Below are positions 1 to 9,124 of a stretch of 64,000 nucleotides of DNA, piece by piece. The stretch is taken from positions 256,001-320,000 of the forward strand of contig JAVZLQ010000001.1 of assembly GCA_038883655.1 (NCBI GenBank). The letters are read 5' to 3'. The first letter of the stretch is position 1, and each line of letters begins with the position of its first letter. The DNA comes from Candidatus Bathyarchaeia archaeon (GTDB lineage Archaea; Thermoproteota; Bathyarchaeia; Bathyarchaeales; Bathycorpusculaceae). Below the pieces are notes generated by a model, which was given only the letters and a program-made list of their open reading frames with translations, did no database searches and was not told where the DNA came from. The position numbers and the translations under genes are program-made.

Positions 1-49
1 ACATCAGCCTGCCACGCTGACGACCCGGGTTCAAATCCCGGCGACCGCA
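1..49 (+). tRNA. tRNA-Gly(GCC), 3' part (truncated by window start)
   Basis: Anticodon arm TCAGC-CT-GCC-AC-GCTGA (anticodon 11-13); T-arm CCGGGTTCAAATCCCGG; acceptor 3' strand CGACCGC-A; followed by a T-tract. Confidence 0.9.
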
Positions 50-152
50 CTTTTTTATATCGTCGCACTCAGAGGTGCGTGATTGAAAGTCGCGCTTGGG
101 GGAATTGTTATTTACTTTTGTTGCTACGATATTATGGCTGGTGTAAGGTTTT

Positions 153-956
153 ATGGAGTGCATTGCGGTTATTGGTGCTGGAGTGATTGGCGGAGCCATA
201 GTCAAGAGTCTTTTGAAGAGGGGCTATAGGGGTAGGGTTATTGCCACGAGGCGTGATGTGGAAAAGTTGATGGAATTTGAGCGGCTGGGTGCTTCTGTTT
301 GTGCTGATAATAAGAGGGCGGCACGGGAGGCTGATATAGTTTTTCTGTGCGTTAAGCCGAATGACGTTGAGAAGGTTTTGAAAGAAATAAGCAAGGAACT
401 CGAAGGCAAACTTGTCATTTCAACGGCTGCAACTATTCCCTTAAGATTTTATAAGAAAATTGCGCCAAAAGCCAAGTTTGTTAGGACCATGCCGAACATC
501 GCTGTTTTGGTGCAGGAAGCTTTCACCGCATACTGTTGTGACAATAGCTTAAGCGCGAAGGAAAAGCGCAAAGTCAAGGAAATTTTGGACATGATGGGCA
601 TGTCAGAGGAGGTTGAAGAGAAATACATGGACGCAATAACCGCGTTAAGTGGAAGTGGACCAGGATACATCTCAATAATTATTGAAGCCCTAATGTATGC
701 GGGGTTAAAAGTGGGTTTGCCAAGAGACCTAGCCCTCTACAGTTCTGCACAAACGGTTTTGGGAACTGGAAAACTTATTCTTGAAACGCGAGAACATCCT
801 GCAAAAATAAAGGATATGGTCACAACGCCTGGAGGAACAACCATCGAAGCAATCTTCGAGTTGGAGGGCAGCCAAATTCGCCAAGGCTTAATGAAGGCCG
901 TCGAAGAGGCAACTAAAAAGTGTAACGCGATTCGAGAAAAGCTTAGGGTGAACTAG
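153..956 (+). CDS. proC: Pyrroline-5-carboxylate reductase
   Basis: GxGxxG Rossmann motif; RTMPN, TALSGSGP and VTTPGGTT motifs. Confidence 0.95.
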   Translation: MECIAVIGAGVIGGAIVKSLLKRGYRGRVIATRRDVEKLMEFERLGASVCADNKRAAREADIVFLCVKPNDVEKVLKEISKELEGKLVISTAATIPLRFYKKIAPKAKFVRTMPNIAVLVQEAFTAYCCDNSLSAKEKRKVKEILDMMGMSEEVEEKYMDAITALSGSGPGYISIIIEALMYAGLKVGLPRDLALYSSAQTVLGTGKLILETREHPAKIKDMVTTPGGTTIEAIFELEGSQIRQGLMKAVEEATKKCNAIREKLRVN

Positions 957-979
957 AAAAAGGGTGGCGTGCAAATAAA

Positions 980-1300
980 GTGGACGCCGAAACCAAACGC
1001 ATCGCAATGCAGAGAATCCAAACGCTCTTTCACTTGGCAAAGGAAATTTTCCGCGAAGACCCTGCATTGGCGCAGCGTTATGTGGACATTGCCCGAAAAA
1101 TAGCCATGGCTGCAAAAGTGCGTTTGCCAAAAGAGTATAGGCGCCAAGTTTGTCGTCACTGTAAAAGCTTTATCTTGCCAGGCGTAAATTGTCGTGTTCG
1201 AATAAAGCAGCGGAGAGAACCACACGTAGTGATAACATGCTTGAAATGCGGTGGGCACATGAGAATTCCATTAAAAAGTAGGAGAAGAGATACTTTTTGA
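980..1300 (+). CDS. rnp4: Ribonuclease P protein component 4 (Rpp21)
   Basis: IAxQRIxxLF...ARKIA helix; CxxC...CxxCG zinc ribbon; next to YhbY as usual. Confidence 0.93.
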   Translation: MDAETKRIAMQRIQTLFHLAKEIFREDPALAQRYVDIARKIAMAAKVRLPKEYRRQVCRHCKSFILPGVNCRVRIKQRREPHVVITCLKCGGHMRIPLKSRRRDTF

Positions 1301-1587
1301 GCAAGCTTACTTCTGGGATGAAGCGGCGGATCAAACGGGAATTAAGCATGGAAAAACCCACTATATGGATTGGTAAGGGCGGGGTTTCACCAGAAATCGT
1401 TAGGGAAATCGGTAAACAGTTAGATAAGAATGAAATTGTTAAGGTTAAAATTTTGAAAAGCGCCCTAGAAACCGCAACCGCAAGACAAATTGCGTCTAAA
1501 ATTGCTGACATGACAGAAGCGTCACTAGTGGAAGTCAGAGGTCACACATTTATTCTCTATAAACGAAAAAGAAAAGGTTCTAGTTGA
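1297..1587 (+). CDS. YhbY/CRM-domain RNA-binding protein
   Basis: PTIWIGKGG...EIVKVK...RGHTFILY pattern. Confidence 0.9.
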   Translation: MSKLTSGMKRRIKRELSMEKPTIWIGKGGVSPEIVREIGKQLDKNEIVKVKILKSALETATARQIASKIADMTEASLVEVRGHTFILYKRKRKGSS

Positions 1588-1659
1588 GGAGACGCTAAAG
1601 TTAAATTTTAAGCAGTTCTTCTACATTTCGAGGAATACCATTGCTAACCCCTGAAATAA

Positions 1660-2052
1660 TTGGCTTCCTTAGGCTTCTTTTCATTAAATGGGTTGATCTA
1701 TATTATTATTGGGTTACTCGATTGGGTTTTTAAAGAAGTCCGCTCAGAAAACCCGACACATTATTGGTTGTGGTTCAGCAGTGGACCCTACATAAGAAGT
1801 GCTGAGGGAAGGGTGGAGCACATCGCATTTAAAAGTAAGGTCTTATTAACATGCGGAATACCAACGTTTTTGATAGGCATATTCTCTCCCGATGCTCTTT
1901 TCGAAATAACAAATGTCATCGGAATTGGAGTTTTGGTACTTTTGGCTTGGATCCTGCATTTAATCTTTGTTGCAGATGCGGCTGAAAGGGACAAATATGC
2001 TGCTGAAGGTATAAGCCAAGAAGAGATCGAGAAAGTAAAAGAAAGGGACTGA
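1660..2052 (+). CDS. Hypothetical membrane protein (about 3 TM), 5' end possibly frameshifted
   Basis: 130-aa ORF with hydrophobic segments; no recognised motif. Confidence 0.55.
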   Translation: MASLGFFSLNGLIYIIIGLLDWVFKEVRSENPTHYWLWFSSGPYIRSAEGRVEHIAFKSKVLLTCGIPTFLIGIFSPDALFEITNVIGIGVLVLLAWILHLIFVADAAERDKYAAEGISQEEIEKVKERD

Positions 2053-2118
2053 AACGAATTTTGAATAGCATTCTCAACGGGTTCATCAGCTCTGCATGTT
2101 TTTTGTTGCGTTAAAAGT

Positions 2119-2133
2119 GAAAGCCTTTATATT
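2119..2133 (+). promoter_or_regulatory. BRE/TATA promoter for the S19e operon
   Basis: GAAAGCC-TTTATATT about 40 nt upstream of the S19e start. Confidence 0.55.
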
Positions 2134-2172
2134 TGGCTTCATGTTTTACTGAAGGAAAGCTGAGAGGAACAA

Positions 2173-2646
2173 GTGGTCTTGGTAACCCCGCATGATGTCC
2201 CAGCACAAGCATTCATCGAAAGGCTAGCTAAGTATCTAAAGGAGAATGTGGACGAGGTGAGTCCACCACAATGGGCTAGCGTGTCCAAGACAGGCGCGCA
2301 TGTTCAGAGGCAACCACAAGACCCAGATTGGTGGTACACGCGTTGCGCCTCGCTTCTAAGGAAAGTTTATGTTCACGGGCCAATAGGCATAGAAAAGCTA
2401 AGAGCCGAGTATGGTGGGCGAAAGGATTTCGGCGTTAGACCCGAACATGCAGTTAAAGCTGGCGGAACCATCATTAGAAAAGCCCTACAACAGTTGGAGA
2501 CTGCTGGTTTAATTGAAACCGTTAAGCCCAGGGGAAGGGTCGTGACCCGTGAAGGCAGAAAACTTTTGCGTGAAATAGCTGAAGAAGTGTATAGGGAACT
2601 TGTGAAAGATATTCCACAACTGGCTAAATATGGGAAGGGCGAGTGA
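2173..2646 (+). CDS. rps19e: 30S ribosomal protein S19e
   Basis: PPQWA..KTG...[13 protein letters not shown]...YGG motifs. Confidence 0.97.
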   Translation: MVLVTPHDVPAQAFIERLAKYLKENVDEVSPPQWASVSKTGAHVQRQPQDPDWWYTRCASLLRKVYVHGPIGIEKLRAEYGGRKDFGVRPEHAVKAGGTIIRKALQQLETAGLIETVKPRGRVVTREGRKLLREIAEEVYRELVKDIPQLAKYGKGE

Positions 2647-2975
2647 TGTCCGAGGAGGAACTTGAGGAAATCCGTAGAAGAAAACTGTTGGCTTTACAGC
2701 AAAAGCTAGCCGAAGAACAGAGGCAAGCCCAAATCCAACAGCAGATGGAACTGCAAAAACAAGCAATTTTAAGAAAGATTCTGACACCGGATGCGAGGCA
2801 AAGGCTTACGAACCTAAAGATGGTTAAGCCAGAGTTCACAGAAGCTTTAGAACTGCAGTTGATTCAGTTGGCGCAGCAAGGAAAGCTTCCAATACCGTTA
2901 AGTGATGAGCAGCTCAAGCAAATACTTATACAACTTCAGTCTCAAAGACGCGAAACAAGAATAAGGAGAATATGA
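2643..2975 (+). CDS. PDCD5-family dsDNA-binding protein
   Basis: [10 protein letters not shown]...[16 protein letters not shown]; conserved position after S19e. Confidence 0.92.
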   Translation: MMSEEELEEIRRRKLLALQQKLAEEQRQAQIQQQMELQKQAILRKILTPDARQRLTNLKMVKPEFTEALELQLIQLAQQGKLPIPLSDEQLKQILIQLQSQRRETRIRRI

Positions 2976-3133
2976 AGTTGGCGAGAAACAAACCCGCAGC
3001 CAAAAAAAGGAGGCTTGCAAAGGCTGGAAAACAGAAGAAGGCTGTTCCAACGTGGGTCATCGCCAAAACGGCTGGAAAATTTAGGACACATCCAAAAAGA
3101 AGGCAGTGGCGCATTAGAAAGATAAAGGCTTAG
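2972..3133 (+). CDS. rpl39e: 50S ribosomal protein L39e (absent from the ORF track, 53 aa)
   Basis: Hand translation [53 protein letters not shown]; alternative TTG start at 2978. Confidence 0.95.
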   Translation: MKLARNKPAAKKRRLAKAGKQKKAVPTWVIAKTAGKFRTHPKRRQWRIRKIKA

Positions 3134-3135
3134 GG

Positions 3136-3627
3136 GTGCCACGCATGGAAGAGGAGAGAGAAGCAAAAAAAGAGGAGCTAAAAAGCAAAGAGGAAACAGA
3201 AGAGTTAATCGAGGAAATAGCGGAAACGGAGGCAGAGGAAAAGGAAGAGGAGGAAATTTCCGAAGAGAAACCAGTTGCCGAAGAGGTTCTGGAGGAAGCT
3301 AAGCCGAAGCGGGAGGAAAAGGTTGAAGAGGAAGAAATTATTGAAGAGCGCATTTATACGGTTCCTCTTGGCAAGGCTTGGATCATGCCTCCTAACAAGC
3401 GGGCGGCAAGAGCCGTAAGACTATTAAGAGATTTTTTGAAGAAGCACATGAAGCTCGAGGCTCGCGGAGAAGGCGAGGAAGAAGAGCCCAAGAAGCTTAT
3501 CATTACCAACGAGGTTAATGAGTGGATTTGGAGTAGGGGCATTGAAAAGCCTCCTAGAAAGATTAGGGTGAGAGCCGCGAAAGATAAGGATGGCAACGTG
3601 ACTGTTTATCTGGCTGAAGGAGACTAG
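3136..3627 (+). CDS. rpl31e: 50S ribosomal protein L31e with an acidic N-terminal extension (likely ATG start at 3145)
   Basis: ERIYTVPL...RAARAV...VNEWIWSRGIEKPPRKIRVRA. Confidence 0.95.
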   Translation: MPRMEEEREAKKEELKSKEETEELIEEIAETEAEEKEEEEISEEKPVAEEVLEEAKPKREEKVEEEEIIEERIYTVPLGKAWIMPPNKRAARAVRLLRDFLKKHMKLEARGEGEEEEPKKLIITNEVNEWIWSRGIEKPPRKIRVRAAKDKDGNVTVYLAEGD

Positions 3628-3630
3628 TGC

Positions 3631-4338
3631 TTGCCAGTTTACTTCTCCAGCCTTTTTGGAAGCACAAGTATAGGTGTCTACGCGCTAGCAACAGACAAGA
3701 TTGTTGTTATTCCAAGCTTGGTACCGCTCAAGAAAGCAAAAAGATTTGAAGAATGGTTAAAAGTCAAGTTAATACATACAACGGTTGGCGGGTCCATTTT
3801 AATAGGTGCTTTGGCATGCGCAAACTCGAATGGCATTATTCTTCCACATATAATCCGCGATGAGGAACTTGAAGCCATAAGCGCCAACTTTGACGGGAAA
3901 ATAACGATTATGGAAACGCGGAAAACAGCTTACGGTAACATGGTTTTGGCGAACGATTACGGGGCAATTGTTGACCCGAGGTTAAAAGCATCTGAAATAA
4001 GGCTAATATCTGAAGCCTTAGACGTAGAGGCGGTTCCCGGTGAGATTGCCGGTTTGCCATATGTTGGGGCTCTGGCTGTTGCCACAAACAAGGGTGTACT
4101 GGCTCATCCACTTCTGAAGGATTCAGAGAGAAAACTTTTAGAGGAAATGTTGAAGGTTCCAGTTGATGTTGGCACTGTTAACTGTGGAATACCATATGTT
4201 GGGACTGGTTTAATCTGCAACAGTCGTGCGGCTGTTGCTGGAGCCTTAACAACCGGACCCGAGATGTTTATAATTGGGAACGCCTTGGATGTGATGAGGG
4301 AAGATGAGTACGTTGAAAGTCTTCAGAATAAAGGGTGA
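3631..4338 (+). CDS. eif6: Translation initiation factor 6 (aIF6)
   Basis: IGVY...GN.VLAND.GA...GTVNCG...TTGPE. Confidence 0.95.
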   Translation: MPVYFSSLFGSTSIGVYALATDKIVVIPSLVPLKKAKRFEEWLKVKLIHTTVGGSILIGALACANSNGIILPHIIRDEELEAISANFDGKITIMETRKTAYGNMVLANDYGAIVDPRLKASEIRLISEALDVEAVPGEIAGLPYVGALAVATNKGVLAHPLLKDSERKLLEEMLKVPVDVGTVNCGIPYVGTGLICNSRAAVAGALTTGPEMFIIGNALDVMREDEYVESLQNKG

Positions 4339-4555
4339 AATTCGAAAGCCAAACTGGGAAACTCCATTCGTAAAGGAAGTTGTGGCTTTAAAGCCGGAAC
4401 ACGCCGTTGAAAAGGTTTATGCGGAGTTGGGAAGTAGGCATAGGGCTAAACGTTTTCATATAAAAATATTAAGTATTGAGGAAATAAAGCCCGAAGAGAT
4501 AGAAAATCCTATTCTCAAAAAGCTTGTTGTTGGAGAAGGTCGCATTGGAGAGTAA
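4304..4555 (+). CDS. rpl18a: 50S ribosomal protein L18Ae/LX
   Basis: F.KEV.A.KPEHAVEKVYAELGSRH. Confidence 0.92.
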   Translation: MSTLKVFRIKGEIRKPNWETPFVKEVVALKPEHAVEKVYAELGSRHRAKRFHIKILSIEEIKPEEIENPILKKLVVGEGRIGE

Positions 4556-4982
4556 AATTGAAGAGGAACTTCGTAAGCTGAACCTAGAAATGCGCTTTTT
4601 AGAACAGACAGCTGAAACCATCCAGTCAAGAATCAACATGGTGAATGCGGTTATAACAGACCTAACGTACGCGAGCATGTCTTTGGAGGGTCTGGAGAAG
4701 GAAAAGGAAAACGCTGAATTGCTTGTTCCAATCGGCGGCAGCTCCTACATAAAGGTGAAGCTTGGTAGCGCAGACAAAGTTATAGTGGGCATGGGCGCTG
4801 GAGTTTCAATTGAAAAGACGTTGCAAGAGGCGAAGGAGATAATTAAAATTAGACTTGAAAACCTGGAGAAAACGCGTAATTCGCTTCAAAACCAGCTTGT
4901 CCAAGTTTTACAAAAAATCAATGAAGACCGTGAGAAATTTGAGAGTTTGGTCGCCCAACTCCGAGAGGAGAAAGCCCCGTAA
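4524..4982 (+). CDS. pfdA: Prefoldin alpha subunit (start probably TTG at 4545)
   Basis: ELLVPIGG.SY...KVIVGMGAGVSIEK flanked by coiled coils. Confidence 0.93.
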   Translation: MLLEKVALESKIEEELRKLNLEMRFLEQTAETIQSRINMVNAVITDLTYASMSLEGLEKEKENAELLVPIGGSSYIKVKLGSADKVIVGMGAGVSIEKTLQEAKEIIKIRLENLEKTRNSLQNQLVQVLQKINEDREKFESLVAQLREEKAP

Positions 4983-5888
4983 ATGTTTGAGAGGCTCAAG
5001 TCTGGCTTAAAAGGGCTAGTAAACAAGGTTACAACAACAGAGCTTAAAGCTGAAAACCTCCGCCCAATACTTTCCGAATTTAAAATAAGCCTTGTGGAAA
5101 ACGATGTGGCTTTTCCAGTAGCGGAGAAAATCTGCGATGAAATGGAAAAGCGACTAGACGGCGTACAAGTTAAAAGGCTTGAAGACCGCAAGAAAATTGT
5201 TGAAAAAAACCTAAGGGAAGTACTCCTTGAAGTAATGCTCACAAACAACAAGATAGACCTTTTCAGAGCCATCGAAGAAAAGCGCAAAAAGGGCGAGCCC
5301 TTCGTCATAATTTTTGTCGGAATAAATGGCACCGGGAAAACGACAACAATCGCCAAAGTTGCTAACCTCCTAACAAAAAAGGGTTATTCCGTCGTTCTAG
5401 CATGCAGCGACACTTATAGAGCTGGCTCCATAGAACAACTGGAAGAACACGCAAAGCGCTTGGGAATAAGGATGGTTAAGCACAAGTACGGCGCGGATCC
5501 AGCCGCAGTAGCCTACGACACGATAAGTCACGCAAAAGCTCATGGAATAAACGTTGTTTTGATAGATACTGCTGGAAGAATTCAAACGAACAGGAACTTA
5601 ATGAACGAACTCGCAAAAATAAAACGCGTAGTAAACCCAGACTTGACCATTTTAACGGTTGACTCACTTACGGGTAATGATGCAGTCATGCAGGCAGAAG
5701 AATTTCATAAAAGCGTGGGCATAGACGCAACGATACTGACAAAAGTGGACGCGGACATAAAGGGCGGCTCAGCCATAAGCGTAACATACATAACAAAAAA
5801 GCCAATACTTTTCATTGGAACAGGACAGACATACAACGACCTAGAAGACTTTAACCCAGAAAAATTCGTACAAATAATATTAAAATAG
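4983..5888 (+). CDS. ftsY: SRP receptor FtsY
   Basis: GINGTGKTTTIAK, DTYRAG, DTAGR and TKVDAD GTPase motifs. Confidence 0.97.
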   Translation: MFERLKSGLKGLVNKVTTTELKAENLRPILSEFKISLVENDVAFPVAEKICDEMEKRLDGVQVKRLEDRKKIVEKNLREVLLEVMLTNNKIDLFRAIEEKRKKGEPFVIIFVGINGTGKTTTIAKVANLLTKKGYSVVLACSDTYRAGSIEQLEEHAKRLGIRMVKHKYGADPAAVAYDTISHAKAHGINVVLIDTAGRIQTNRNLMNELAKIKRVVNPDLTILTVDSLTGNDAVMQAEEFHKSVGIDATILTKVDADIKGGSAISVTYITKKPILFIGTGQTYNDLEDFNPEKFVQIILK

Positions 5889-5909
5889 CAAATTAAAAAT
5901 TACGAATGT

Positions 5910-6851
5910 TCAACTTTTATGTAGCTTATTGTTAATTTGCCTATTCTTCAGCAGTTCCAACAGTATTGCCTTTGCAGAATATAGCCTATTCTCGCTTTGT
6001 TCATATATTATCGATTTTGGACTTTCGATAATGTCTTCGCTTATTTCGTAGCCTCGGTGTATTGGCATGTCATGCATTATGTAGGCGCCGCTGCCTTTTA
6101 ACAGTTCCTTGTTTATTTGATATGGCATCATAGTTTTGATGCGCTTTTCCTTTTCTGCTGCATATTTTGGGTCTAGGAAGAATTCCATGTCAACCCACGT
6201 GTCCGTGTAAACAAAATCCGCGTCTTTAACCGCATCTTTGACATTTAATGTTGTTTCCCATAGTCCAGTTCTCCTCGCGTTTTCCAGAAGCTCGTCATCC
6301 CGTGATGGCTCGTTGAATATTGGCGTTACGGTTGTTATTTTAACCCCTGTTTTTGTGCATCCCTCTATAAGCGAGTTGCAAACGTTGTTATGAATACCAA
6401 TATAAACAAGCTTTAGTCCTTCAAGTTTTCCCTTCTTTTCCTTCATCGTCATTAGGTCTGCAATTGCTTGGCTTGGATGATATTTCTCGTCACACCCGTT
6501 AATTACTGGGACACGAGAGGCTTTAGCCATAACCTGTAAATCGGCGTTTCGAAGCAGCCTAGCCATTATACAATCCACGTTACGCGACAAATACTGCGTC
6601 TCATCATAAACATCCGCCAAAGTAAAGTTTGTCGTCCTCCAGTCAATGTAAAGGGCGTGACCACCAAGTTGCGTCATAGCAACCTCAAAGGAAACGCGCG
6701 TCCGCGTGGAGGTTTTCTGGAAAATCATGGCTAGAGACTTGCCAGCCAAAGCCTCCTTATACTTTTCTGGGTTACGCTTAACCTCAATTCCCATGTCAAT
6801 GATTTTCATCAACTGTTGACCAGACAACTCCTTAAAGTTGATTAAATGCAT
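5910..6851 (-). CDS. argF: Ornithine carbamoyltransferase-family transcarbamylase
   Basis: STRTRVSF and HPSQ motifs; variant HDMP and TDTWVDM motifs. Confidence 0.85.
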   Translation of the reverse strand: MHLINFKELSGQQLMKIIDMGIEVKRNPEKYKEALAGKSLAMIFQKTSTRTRVSFEVAMTQLGGHALYIDWRTTNFTLADVYDETQYLSRNVDCIMARLLRNADLQVMAKASRVPVINGCDEKYHPSQAIADLMTMKEKKGKLEGLKLVYIGIHNNVCNSLIEGCTKTGVKITTVTPIFNEPSRDDELLENARRTGLWETTLNVKDAVKDADFVYTDTWVDMEFFLDPKYAAEKEKRIKTMMPYQINKELLKGSGAYIMHDMPIHRGYEISEDIIESPKSIIYEQSENRLYSAKAILLELLKNRQINNKLHKS

Positions 6852-6987
6852 GATTTCACCCGCTTCCAGACAAAACCATAATGTTCAAGTTATAAAATTT
6901 TCCGATTAAATAGGAATGGTTTACCCATAAACAAGAATAGAAAGTGAAGCATAGTAACAGTGGAAGGAGGGTTCAAAAATAATACTG

Positions 6988-7803
6988 TTGGTAGCTTCGA
7001 AGAAGGATATTGCAAGTTTAAACATTCTAAAACAAGTGCTAGACAACCATCCTTTTGAAAGAAAGAGCGAAATCTTTGATGAAAACCCGGTTTACGAAGC
7101 TAAAATCAATAATAGAAGCGTTAAACTTGTAACCTTAAACCAAGAGTCTATTTACGCCCAAAACCTCACAGATTTTTTCGCGAATCCAGAACTTGTGATT
7201 TTTATTTCAAGGCACAGCAGCGAAAGTGGAACTCCAACGCTTTCCGTGCACCCCCCAGGAAATCTCGGCAACGCGGAACTAGGCGGGCTTCCGAGAAACG
7301 TTTCTGTTTCGCCAGCTAACGCCATGAGAGATACCCTAATGAACATGGTGATGCTTAAAAAGGAAATGCAACTTCAGTATGATGTGTGTTATGAGTGTAC
7401 ACATCATGGTCCATCCTTAAACGTGCCAACGATGTTTGCTGAACTGGGAAGTTCTCCAAAGCAATGGTCTGACTTAGAGGCTGCAGAAGCTGTTGCCAAC
7501 GCAGTAATGAATGCCATAACACAGTTTGGTACATCTAAGGCCAAGGCGGTTCTTGGAATAGGTGGGCCACATTATAATGCCAAGTTTACGAGGATAGCCA
7601 TCGAAGGCGAAATAGCTTTCGGCCACATAATTCCGAAGTACGCCATTCCCTATGTTGATGCTGAAATTCTAAAGCAATGTATGAGGAAAACTTTTGAAAA
7701 GGTCGAATATGCTGTTTTAGATTGGAAAGGGATAAAAGGCGAGGATAAACTGAAAGTTGTTAAAATGCTTGATAAGATTGGGCTTCGGTATGAGAAGGTT
7801 TAG
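6988..7803 (+). CDS. dtdA: D-aminoacyl-tRNA deacylase (archaeal DTD2); true start may be ATA at 6979
   Basis: FISRHSS, LSVHPPGN, ECTHHGP, ELGS and GGPHY motifs. Confidence 0.93.
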   Translation: MVASKKDIASLNILKQVLDNHPFERKSEIFDENPVYEAKINNRSVKLVTLNQESIYAQNLTDFFANPELVIFISRHSSESGTPTLSVHPPGNLGNAELGGLPRNVSVSPANAMRDTLMNMVMLKKEMQLQYDVCYECTHHGPSLNVPTMFAELGSSPKQWSDLEAAEAVANAVMNAITQFGTSKAKAVLGIGGPHYNAKFTRIAIEGEIAFGHIIPKYAIPYVDAEILKQCMRKTFEKVEYAVLDWKGIKGEDKLKVVKMLDKIGLRYEKV

Positions 7804-7902
7804 AACGGGAAAATTTAATAGAAATGGACTTGAATAGTTATTACCACTCGAGTTTACAGTAACCTTTATATCAGATTTAAAGTGTTGAGTTTGGGAAGAA
7901 CC

Positions 7903-8076
7903 ATGGGCTTAAGGTCATTCCTATCCCAATGCGCAAGGACATTAAAACTTGCAGTAAAACCAGGAAAGAGCGAGCTTTGGCTATCAATAAAAATATGCTT
8001 TCTAGGTTTAGGCGTAATAGGTGTACTAGGATTTATAATCAAAATGCTTGCTTCAGCTTTAATGGGCGGGGCGTAA
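7903..8076 (+). CDS. secE: Protein translocase subunit SecE/Sec61-gamma
   Basis: RTLKLAVKP..E...GLGVIGVLGFII; directly upstream of spt5. Confidence 0.9.
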   Translation: MGLRSFLSQCARTLKLAVKPGKSELWLSIKICFLGLGVIGVLGFIIKMLASALMGGA

Positions 8077-8089
8077 GAAGGAGAAAACA

Positions 8090-8578
8090 ATGGAGAAAAA
8101 AACTGAAGAAACTCCAACAAAAATTTTTGCTGTAAAAACAACAACTGGACAAGAAAGGAACGTAGCCAAACTTGTAGCTGCAAGGGTCGAAATGAACAAA
8201 ATTCCAATAAAAGCAATTCTCGTGCCAGAAATCTTAAGAGGATTCATTTTCGTGGAGGCTGAGGGTCCGCATCTTGTGCAAAGGGCTATAGAAGGCGTGA
8301 GGCATGTGCGTGGAATGCGAATGGAGTTTGTGAACTTCACGGAAATCGAAAAGTACATTGTTAGAAAACCGATTATTGAGGAGTTAAGCGAAAACCAAAT
8401 TGTAGAAATTACAGGTGGGCCGTTCAAGGGTATGCGTGCAAAAATAACCCGCGTGGACAAGGCAAAGGAAGAAGTCACATTAGAACTGCTTGAAGCCACA
8501 TTCACATTGCCAATAACCGTACATTCTGACTATGTGAAGCTTGTCACAAAAGCAGAAACAAAAGGAGAAGAAGAATAA
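8090..8578 (+). CDS. spt5: Transcription elongation factor Spt5/NusG
   Basis: [12 protein letters not shown] domain; [13 protein letters not shown] motif. Confidence 0.96.
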   Translation: MEKKTEETPTKIFAVKTTTGQERNVAKLVAARVEMNKIPIKAILVPEILRGFIFVEAEGPHLVQRAIEGVRHVRGMRMEFVNFTEIEKYIVRKPIIEELSENQIVEITGGPFKGMRAKITRVDKAKEEVTLELLEATFTLPITVHSDYVKLVTKAETKGEEE

Positions 8579-8579
8579 A

Positions 8580-9074
8580 ATGGGCGAGAAAAAGATTGTT
8601 GAACTGCTAGTAAGCGGTGGACAAGCCACTGCTGGACCGCCATTAGGCCCGGCTTTGGGACCTTTGGGCGTTAACGTTATGGCTATTGTGAATAAGATAA
8701 ACGAGCTTACGAAGGATTATGCTGGAATGAAGGTTCCAGTGAAGGTTGCCGTTGACCCTGAAACCAAGGCTTTTGAGGTAAGCGTGGGAACGCCGACGAC
8801 TTCAGCGTTGATTGTGAGCGAGCTTAAGATTGAGAAGGGTTCTGGTGCTCCTAAGACGCAGAAGGTTGGGAATTTGACTATGGAGCAAGTCATACGTATA
8901 GCGAAAATTAAGCGGCATGAACTCCTTGCAAAGACTTTGAAGGGTGCTGTTAAAGAGGTTTTGGGTAGCTGTGTCAGCATGGGTGTTACTGTTGATGGCA
9001 AAGACCCTAAAGAGGTTCAGGCGGAAATCGATGAGGGCAAGTATGACCAAGTGCTTAGCAAAAGTGAGGGATAA
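8580..9074 (+). CDS. rpl11: 50S ribosomal protein L11
   Basis: [18 protein letters not shown]; ATG at 8580. Confidence 0.97.
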   Translation: MGEKKIVELLVSGGQATAGPPLGPALGPLGVNVMAIVNKINELTKDYAGMKVPVKVAVDPETKAFEVSVGTPTTSALIVSELKIEKGSGAPKTQKVGNLTMEQVIRIAKIKRHELLAKTLKGAVKEVLGSCVSMGVTVDGKDPKEVQAEIDEGKYDQVLSKSEG

Positions 9075-9075
9075 G

Positions 9076-9089
9076 AACACTTTTATAAG
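9076..9089 (+). promoter_or_regulatory. Internal TATA-like promoter upstream of rpl1
   Basis: AACAC-TTTTATAAG in the 50-nt gap, about 40 nt before the rpl1 ATG. Confidence 0.4.
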
Positions 9090-9124
9090 CGCTTTGCATT
9101 CCTTTTTGGCGCGGGGTCACTGAA

